This document shows positions 53,328 through 60,385 of a stretch of 64,000 bases of DNA, piece after piece (position 1 is the stretch's first letter; the number at the start of each line of letters is the position of its first letter). Position numbers and translations under genes: made by a program. The notes below the pieces were generated by a model. That model did not search any database. It worked only from the letters and a program-made list of their open reading frames with translations, and had not been told where the DNA came from. Source of the stretch: Acidobacteriota bacterium (GTDB lineage: Bacteria; Acidobacteriota; UBA890; WLXD01); contig CBDBHB010000009.1 in assembly GCA_965205505.1 (NCBI GenBank), positions 864,001-928,000 on the forward strand, written 5' to 3'.

Positions 53328-54572
53328 CTAGACAGGGCGCAGCATCGGCACCACCTTGCCGCCCTCAGCACTCAGGTAGGCGGCCCAGTCTTCCATCAGC
53401 TTCCGGCGCCGCTCCAGCAGGTCCGAGCGCGCATAGGCCGCCTCGGTGGGGTCGCGCACCGCATGCGCCAGCGCCGCCTCCATGACCGCCCGCGGTGCGT
53501 TGGTGCACTCCGCCGCCCAGTCCCGGAACGATGAGCGAAACCCGTGCGGTACCGCTTCAATGCCCAACTGCCGCAGCACCCGGGAAAGGGTCGCGTCCGC
53601 CAGCGGCCTGCCGGCCCGTGCACCGGGAAACACCAGCCCCTCGCCATCCCTGAGCCCCCGCGCCTGGCGCAGGATCTCCATTGCCCGGCCCGATAGCGGT
53701 ACCCGGTGCGCCCGGTTCGACTTCATGCGCTCGGGTGCAAGAGTCCACTCCCTCGCCTCCAGGTCCATCTCCTGCCAGGTAGCCAACCGCACCTCGCCGG
53801 AGCGGGCCGCCGTCAACACCAGAAACTCCAGGGCCAGCTTCACCACCCCGGAGGCATCCGAAGCCCGTACCGCCTCGATCGCACCGTCCACCTCGGCATG
53901 CGGCAACGCCCGCATATGCTGTCGCCGCTTGCGGTGCCGTGGCAGCGCCTGGGTGATCGCCTCACCAGCCGGGTTGTCGCCACGGTACCCCTGCGCCATG
54001 GCCCACTTCATCACCGCACCGATGCGCGCCCGCACCCGCCGTGCGGTCTCGGCCTTGTCATGCCAGATCGGACCCAGTACCTCCAACACCTCGGCCGTCG
54101 TCACCTCCGACACCGGCATCTCACCGATGCGCCCGTACGCATAGGTGCGCAACTCCGTTTTCCATTGCGCCGCATACTTGGCGTTGCGCCACCCGGGGCG
54201 GTGCATCTCATACACCTTGGCCGCTGCTTGCGCGAACGTCGGCATGCCCTCGGCCCGGCGCTTGTCTGTCAGCGGGTCACCGCCGGCACGGGCCAGCTTG
54301 CGGTTGGCAAATGCCACCTCGCGCGCCTCCGACAGCGACACCAAGGGGTAGCCTCCGAGACCCAGTTCCCGGCGACGGCCCTGGATCACGATCCGCTGTA
54401 CCCAGCTGCGCGCTCCGCTCGGGATCACGTTCAGGTACAGGCCGTGTCCATCGCAGTACCGGCCCGGCTTCATTACCGTGCGTACAAACGCCGGCGACAG
54501 GGCCCGCTCCGGGTGCTTGCCGCTCTTGCGCCGAGGGCTGGGTTTCGGTGTAGTTGCTTGCGCATCGGCCAT
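53328..54572 (-). CDS. P4-like tyrosine integrase with arm-binding domain
   Basis: DGHGLYL..GRRRELGLGGYP.VSLSEAR; catalytic AARSGEVR, MK, HGFR, LAH, AAY all present. Confidence 0.95.
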   Translation of the reverse strand: MADAQATTPKPSPRRKSGKHPERALSPAFVRTVMKPGRYCDGHGLYLNVIPSGARSWVQRIVIQGRRRELGLGGYPLVSLSEAREVAFANRKLARAGGDPLTDKRRAEGMPTFAQAAAKVYEMHRPGWRNAKYAAQWKTELRTYAYGRIGEMPVSEVTTAEVLEVLGPIWHDKAETARRVRARIGAVMKWAMAQGYRGDNPAGEAITQALPRHRKRRQHMRALPHAEVDGAIEAVRASDASGVVKLALEFLVLTAARSGEVRLATWQEMDLEAREWTLAPERMKSNRAHRVPLSGRAMEILRQARGLRDGEGLVFPGARAGRPLADATLSRVLRQLGIEAVPHGFRSSFRDWAAECTNAPRAVMEAALAHAVRDPTEAAYARSDLLERRRKLMEDWAAYLSAEGGKVVPMLRPV

Positions 54573-54685
54573 ATTCTGCCTCCCCCTCTCATTCCACCAT
54601 TAGAGGCTGGAACGTAGCGGATTTCACGGGAACACGCAAGATGGACGAATACTCGTAACTGTCTGACTATACTGATGCTTATGGA

Positions 54686-55099
54686 CTAATAGGTCAACTC
54701 AGGAATGCACCGGATCTGGACGATGGCAGAGATTTCGAGCGCCAGCGTCAGCAAGATAACAATCGAGAAACCGGGGGAGCGGACCAGAGAACGAGCAGCG
54801 AAGCGCAGGTCTTTGAGTAGTAACACGAACATCTGGGCACCGTCCGGGGAGTCGAAGTAGGTTCGATGATGGAGGCGGGCCGCGCTGCTACGCTGGTCCC
54901 GGGTCACACGCCACAGGTCGCGCAGGGTCGATATCCAGAAGCGTGGCAAGGCCAATGACCGGCCCGAATGTCGGGCGGCACGATGACCATCGCGGAAGAT
55001 CGAGAGCATCTCGGCTGCCGCCTCATGCCGGAGCTCAGCCGGGGTCAGTCGCAGCAGCGCCGCGTAGACGCGCTCTGCACCGGTGACGTGCTTTCTCAC
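54686..55099 (-). pseudogene. 5' fragment of the ADOP permease
   Basis: Nearly identical to the first ~121 aa of 44420; diverges after LTLAL at the repeat boundary. Confidence 0.9.
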
Positions 55100-55272
55100 C
55101 GCGTCTCCGGTACCGGGACCACCAGATCAACGTTAGCCCGTCGGACCAGCTCGGCCAGGCGCCGAGCCTCCGCGGTGGCTACTTCGTTGCCGGCCGGGGT
55201 CAGCCGATAGTACTGGCGACGCGCGTCTTCTCCTTCGTCGACCGCGCTGGTGTGCTCGATCAAACCCCGCGC
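54731..55272. repeat. 542-bp direct repeat, copy 2
   Basis: See copy 1 (offset 10679). Confidence 0.95.
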
Positions 55273-55458
55273 GCGTAGCTCCTTGAGCGTTCGGTAGAGA
55301 GTGCCAGGACGGAGGATCGCCTGCTGCCCGACGTGCTCGTTGGCCCGCAGCATGATTCCGTAGCCGTGCAGCGGCGCCTCGCGAAGTACCACTAGGATGC
55401 TGAACACCACGGGCCGAAGCGGCAGGTGGGCTTCGGGGTCGATGATCGTTCGCGACAT
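55096..55458 (-). CDS. PadR-family transcriptional regulator
   Basis: FSILVVL..PLHGYGIM, GTLYRTL, RRQYYRLT. Confidence 0.93.
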   Translation of the reverse strand: MSRTIIDPEAHLPLRPVVFSILVVLREAPLHGYGIMLRANEHVGQQAILRPGTLYRTLKELRARGLIEHTSAVDEGEDARRQYYRLTPAGNEVATAEARRLAELVRRANVDLVVPVPETR

Positions 55459-55564
55459 GGCGTACTAGATGAGATGAGAAGGCCAACCTCCTGACGCAGT
55501 AGTCTGACGGCTCTGCAAACGTTTCTTCAAACGTAACGGGCTCGAAGCCCAAGGAGGTTGGCCG

Positions 55565-56612
55565 ATGAGGAGTGTAACGATTGGACTGGACGTAAGCGAC
55601 CGGTACAGCCGTATGTGCGTGCTCGACAGTAAGGGCAGGGTGATGGAGGAAGGGCGGGTGAGGACGAGCCCGGAGGGGCTGGCGAGGCGGTTCGGGTGCG
55701 AGGAGCCCGCTCGAGTTAGTGCTGGAGGTTGGAACGCACTCGCCGTGGATGAGTGAGCAGTTGAAGCAACTGGGTCATGAGGTGCTGGTGGCTAACCCGA
55801 GGCGGCTGAAGCTGATCTATGGCGAGCACGACAAGACCGACCGGTTGGATGCCGAGCACCTGGCACGAGTGGGCAGAATGGACCCAAAGCTGCTTAAGAC
55901 GGTGCAGCATCGAGGCAGACAAGCGCGAGCGGATCTAGCCGTGATTCGGAGCCGAGATGCTCTGGTAAAGAGCCGCACGCAGTTGGTGAGCCATGTGCGT
56001 GGTGCGGTCAAGTCGGCCGGTTGTCGTATTCCCAGGTGCTCGACGCCGGCGTTCGCGCGCACCGCGCCAGAGCACATACCGGAGCGGCTCAAGGGAGCGC
56101 TCGAGCCGGTGCTTGAAACGATCGCCATGCTGACGGGCAACATCCAGCAATACGAGCGTCAGATCGTGCAGCTGTGCCAGGGGCGATACCCGGAGACACA
56201 GCAGCTCCAGCAAGTGGCCGGGGGCGGAGCTCTGACCGCACTGGCGTATGTGCTGACGCTCGAGGAGCCGGAACGGTTCAATACCTCCAGAGCCGTGGGC
56301 CCGTACCTGGGACTGAGACCGAAGAAACGGCAGTCGGGGGACAAGGACCCTGCGCTACGAATAACCAAGGCGGGCGACAAAATGCTCCGACGCCTGTTGG
56401 TGGGCTCGGCGCATTACATCCTGGGCCCCTTCGGGCCCGATACTGAGCTCAGACGCTGGGGGCTCAAGCTGGCCGGACGCGGTGGTCCTCATGGCAACAA
56501 AAAGGCAGCAGTTGCTGTCGCCCGTAAGCTCGCCGTTGTGCTGCACCGACTGTGGCTGAGTGGAGACGAGTACGAACCGTTGCGCGCACCTGTAGAGGTT
56601 TCAGCAGCATGA
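55565..56612 (+). pseudogene. IS110 DEDD recombinase with +1 frameshift at ~55717
   Basis: IGLD, then LEVG, KTDRLDA, QSG (catalytic Ser), AVARKL, split across two frames at CGAGTTAGTG. Confidence 0.9.
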
Positions 56613-56619
56613 ACTAACC

Positions 56620-56845
56620 CGCAACCAGGAGGTCGGTAGGGCGACGCGACCCAACGGTTATCGATCTGACCGCCCGGTCCGGGCGACTGCGAAGGTCACT
56701 ACGAGCTTCGAGCTCGGCAGCTAGATTGCAGCGCCTCGATCGGGACGGACCCCAGAATGCACCGGACGACCTAGAACCCTCGTCCACCAGAGTGCGAATA
56801 GGAGCATGGCGTGCAGATCGCTAATCGAAGGGCACCATGTTGCCC
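56620..56845 (+). ncRNA. Putative bridge/seek RNA of the IS1111 element
   Basis: Stem CTGCGA/TTGCAG enclosing an internal loop AGGTCACTA / GCAGCTAGA and the hairpin CGAGCT-TCG-AGCTCG; a second stem-loop carries ATAGGAG. RNA boundaries approximate. Confidence 0.7.
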
Positions 56846-56871
56846 TTGACCGAGCTAGGCCTTCTCATAGA

Positions 56872-57128
56872 AGTGGCCTGTAACAGATCATCGTTGCATA
56901 TCGTGGTGGCGAAATGGGTCCGGATGCCAGGCGCGACGACGAGACGATGTTTGCCCATCTTGGAGGAGGAGCAACGCCGCAGACGGGCTGATTTCGCCGC
57001 CAGTTGCGGGCGATATCGGCGTTGCGCCTCGTCGACGATGCCCACTGCATCGCCTTCCTCGCCGCGCCTTGATCTCACCCGCAAATCCCATCTGCGATAT
57101 GCAACGATCATCTGTTACAGGCCACTAG
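56872..57128. mobile_element. CTAG-flanked palindromic MITE-like element (two inverted core units)
   Basis: 30-bp TIRs 56874..56903 / 57095..57124 with 1 mismatch; internal halves are imperfect inverted copies; left CTAG split by the IS. Confidence 0.85.
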
Positions 57129-57148
57129 TTATGCTCGAGGGGAAAAGC

Positions 57149-57190
57149 CTTTGCTTACGAATATATCCATTATCGAATGGATAAGCAAAG
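57149..57190. promoter_or_regulatory. AT-rich palindrome, candidate PadR operator
   Basis: CTTTGCTTA...TATCCATT-ATCG-AATGGATA-AGCAAAG; lies ~30-75 nt upstream of padR once the IS and MITE are removed. Confidence 0.5.
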
Positions 57191-57320
57191 CGCTCTTGAT
57201 CCCGGTGCGGAGGGCTCGGTCGCCGTGTGGGCGCGCCCGGAGCTGCTCGCGCGAGATCGACGGGTGACCGGTAGACTACTGGCGCTCGTGTCGTCCGTAC
57301 CCAGACTTCGAGGTAACCAT

Positions 57321-58091
57321 ATGCGCTGGCTCTGCTCCGTGTGGATGTTGTCCTTGTTGGCGATCCTGGTCGCTTGCGGCGGGGCCGAGCCTGCCGCCGA
57401 GGACGCAGTCCCTAGCGTCGAGCCACCGGCGTCGGCCGAGCCACCGTCGGTCGAGCCACCGGCGGCGCCGCCGTCTCCCGAGTCGGAGCCGGAGCCGACA
57501 CCAACCGTCTTGCCGCCCCTGCTGAACCCGGCGCACCCCGACGCTAACGCCACGGCCCCGACGGAGTATCGGGTCGTCCTCGACACCACCAAGGGCGACA
57601 TCGTGCTGCAGATCTATCGCGATTGGGCGCCGCGCGGGGCGGACCGTTTCTACAACCTCGTGCGCGCCGGATTCTTCACCGACGTGCGGTTCTTCCGGGT
57701 CGTCGACGGGTTTGTAGCGCAGTTCGGAATGAACGGCGATCCTGAGGTGAACGCCGCCTGGGACGCGGCCGAGATGCCGGACGATCCGAGCATCGGCGAG
57801 ACCAATTCGCGCGGCCGCATAACTTTCGCGCACGCCGGGCCGAACACCCGCACCACACAGCTCTTCCTCAGCATCGGCAACAACGCGTTTCTCGACCGAC
57901 AGGGCTTCCCGCCGTTTGGCGAGATCGTCGAGGGCCTCGGTGTGCTGGACAGCCTCCATCAGGGGTACGGCGATTTCCCCCCGTCAGGTAGTGGACCCGA
58001 CCCGGGGCGGATTGGTGTGCAGGGCAACCGGTACCTGGAACGCGAGTTCCCGATGCTCGACTATGTGCGTCGCGCGCGCCTGCTCGAGTAG
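57321..58091 (+). CDS. Cyclophilin-type peptidyl-prolyl isomerase, lipoprotein with Pro-rich linker
   Basis: LVAC lipobox, WAPRGADRF, FFRVVDGFVAQFG, NTRTTQLF, FPPFG. Confidence 0.93.
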   Translation: MRWLCSVWMLSLLAILVACGGAEPAAEDAVPSVEPPASAEPPSVEPPAAPPSPESEPEPTPTVLPPLLNPAHPDANATAPTEYRVVLDTTKGDIVLQIYRDWAPRGADRFYNLVRAGFFTDVRFFRVVDGFVAQFGMNGDPEVNAAWDAAEMPDDPSIGETNSRGRITFAHAGPNTRTTQLFLSIGNNAFLDRQGFPPFGEIVEGLGVLDSLHQGYGDFPPSGSGPDPGRIGVQGNRYLEREFPMLDYVRRARLLE

Positions 58092-58172
58092 CGGGGCCTG
58101 TCGGGTGTGCGCCCACCGGTCGGCCAGTCGACAGCACACTAGTGGCCAGATCCCGGACGGCGGCCGATCAAA

Positions 58173-59942
58173 GTGACGTTCGAGATCGGCATCCTGCTGT
58201 TTCTTCTCGTCGGGGCCATGGTGGTCTTCTCGATGGAGTGGCTGCCGATCGATGTGGTTGCCATCAGCCTGGTCGTGGCGCTGGTGCTACTGGGTATCCT
58301 CACACCGGCCGAGGCGTTCGCCGGCTTTGCCAGCGACGTGATCTTGGTGCTGTGCGCGATCTTTATCCTGTCGGGCACCCTGGTGCGCACCGGGGTGATG
58401 GAGGCGGTCGGCCGCTGGCTACACCGCTTGGCGGGCAACAGCGAGCGCCGCGTGGTGGCGGCGGTGATGACGCTCTCGGCTGCCATGTCGAGCTTTCTCA
58501 GCAACACGAACTCGACGGCCGTGTTGACGCCGGCGGTCATCGAGTTCTCGCGCCATAGTCAGCTCAGCCCGAGCCGGTTTCTCATTCCGCTGGCCTACGC
58601 GTCGATGCTCGGTGGGGCGTCGACGCTCATCGGCACGTCTGCCAACCTTGCCGCCAGTGGCTTCATGGAGCGCGCCGGTCTCGAGCCACTGGGCCTGTTC
58701 GAGCTCCTGCCGGTGGGGGCGGCGATGAGTCTTGTCGGGATCGCCTACACCGTTCTATTTGGCTACCGCCTGTTGCCAAAGACGGCGAAGCCATCGTTGA
58801 GCGAGGAGTATGACCTCGGGCGCTACCTGTCCGAGGTGGTGCTCGATGCCGACTGCGAGCTCCTCGGCCGCGACTTGATAGCGCTCGATCTCGCGGATCG
58901 TGGGGTGTACGTGTTGGCGGTGCGACGAGCCGGGACGCGGATACTGCCACGTCGTGCCGGCGTCTTGCGTGTCGGCGATGTCATGGTGATCGAGGCAGAC
59001 CGCCAGGCTTTGCTCGATCTCGAGGCGATGCCGGGGCTGGACTTCCAGCGCCCGATGCCGCTGGTCGACGAAGATCTGGAAGGTGACGCAGTGGAGCTGG
59101 TGGAGGCGATCATCATGCCAGGATCGTTGTTTTTAGGGCGAACGTTGCGCGATATCGGTCTACGTAGTCGCTATGGCGCCTCGGTTCTGGCGATCCATCG
59201 TCGCGGCGTGCCGTACGCGATCGGACTGCGCGACTTACGTCTCGCGGTCGGCGACATCATGCTGGTGCGCGGTGGCGCGGAACAGCTGGGTCTGCTCGAG
59301 GCCACCGGCGACCTGCGGTTGATCGGCGAGGTGGCGCACGAGCCTGCTGCGCGACGCAAAGGGCTCATTGTGCTCGGGGCACTCCTGGCTGCGGTGCTGG
59401 CGGGGAGCACCGGGATCATGCCGCTCTCGATCAGCTTTCTACTTGCCGTGTTGGTAATCGTGTTGTCTCGGTGCGTGGCGGTCGACGAGATGTATGCGAT
59501 GATCGACTGGCGGGTCATCGTGCTCATCGGGGGCATGACCTCGTTCGGGGTGGCGCTTCAGAAGACCGGCACAGCCGACTGGTTGGCGAGGTTGCTCGCC
59601 GACGCGGTCCTACCCTTCGGCACCTACGCAGTGATGGCCGCCTTCATCGCCCTGACGATGGTGCTCACGCAGCCGCTGTCGAATGCCGCCGCGGCCCTCG
59701 TAGTGCTGCCGGTAGCGCTGTCGGTGGCGGCGCGCATCGGCGTCGACCCTCGCGCCTTGGCGATTCTCGTGACCCTCGCGGCGTCGCTATCGTTCATTGC
59801 CCCATTCGAGCCGGCGTGCCTGCTGGTGTACTCGCCGGGCAGGTATCGCTTTCGCGATTTCATCGTGGCTGGCGTACCGCTGAGCCTCCTCGCCGTGGGC
59901 GTGCTGTTGCTTCTCGTTCCGGTCTTCTGGCCGCTCGGCTGA
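58173..59942 (+). CDS. SLC13/CitMHS permease with two TrkA-C domains
   Basis: SSFLSNT, LGGASTLIGTSANL, VLAIHRRG, LSNAAA, YRFRDF. Confidence 0.92.
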   Translation: MTFEIGILLFLLVGAMVVFSMEWLPIDVVAISLVVALVLLGILTPAEAFAGFASDVILVLCAIFILSGTLVRTGVMEAVGRWLHRLAGNSERRVVAAVMTLSAAMSSFLSNTNSTAVLTPAVIEFSRHSQLSPSRFLIPLAYASMLGGASTLIGTSANLAASGFMERAGLEPLGLFELLPVGAAMSLVGIAYTVLFGYRLLPKTAKPSLSEEYDLGRYLSEVVLDADCELLGRDLIALDLADRGVYVLAVRRAGTRILPRRAGVLRVGDVMVIEADRQALLDLEAMPGLDFQRPMPLVDEDLEGDAVELVEAIIMPGSLFLGRTLRDIGLRSRYGASVLAIHRRGVPYAIGLRDLRLAVGDIMLVRGGAEQLGLLEATGDLRLIGEVAHEPAARRKGLIVLGALLAAVLAGSTGIMPLSISFLLAVLVIVLSRCVAVDEMYAMIDWRVIVLIGGMTSFGVALQKTGTADWLARLLADAVLPFGTYAVMAAFIALTMVLTQPLSNAAAALVVLPVALSVAARIGVDPRALAILVTLAASLSFIAPFEPACLLVYSPGRYRFRDFIVAGVPLSLLAVGVLLLLVPVFWPLG

Positions 59943-60061
59943 GCTGACCGCCGAGCGAAGTTCGCATTTGCCGAAGAAACCCTCGACTTTCGCCGCCGAT
60001 GCGGCATCGCATCAGAGGACGGGCGCATTCCCGACGAACGGCCCGACATCGGAGAGTCGAA

Positions 60062-60385
60062 GTGAGAGGCAAGCACCTGGGCGAGCTCGAGGAGTTGGTG
60101 CTGCTGGCCGTGCTCGGACTAGGCCGGCAGGCATACGGCGTCGGGGTACAACAGCAAATCGAGCAGCGCACCGGCCGCAACGTGACGATTGGTGCGGTCT
60201 ACTCGGCGCTCGATCGCCTGGAGCGCAAGGGGTACCTGCGCTCACGCGTCGGGTCTCCTGGCACGGACCGCGGTGGCCGTCGTAAGCGGTTGTTCGCCAT
60301 CCGACAAGCGGGCCGACGGTCGCTAGAGCAGGTGCGCGCCGACCGCGCGGCGATGTGGCAGGTCGTCGAGCCGCACGATGCGTGA
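60062..60385 (+). CDS. PadR-family regulator
   Basis: LGELEELVLLAV, AYGV, GAVYSALDRLERKG, RGGRRKR. Confidence 0.92.
   Translation: MRGKHLGELEELVLLAVLGLGRQAYGVGVQQQIEQRTGRNVTIGAVYSALDRLERKGYLRSRVGSPGTDRGGRRKRLFAIRQAGRRSLEQVRADRAAMWQVVEPHDA

Larger units (their letters stand above)
55467..56873 (+). mobile_element. IS110-family element, IS1111 group
   Basis: Perfect 11-bp sub-terminal IRs ATGAGAAGGCC (55474) / GGCCTTCTCAT (56858), inset 7 and 3 nt; AG core at both junctions; ~245-nt downstream non-coding region; TTGACC -35 near the right end. Confidence 0.9.

Noticed and set aside
57410-57500. GAGCCACCG tandem repeats as a CRISPR-like array
   Set aside because: In-frame Pro-rich linker of the cyclophilin; no spacers and no cas genes
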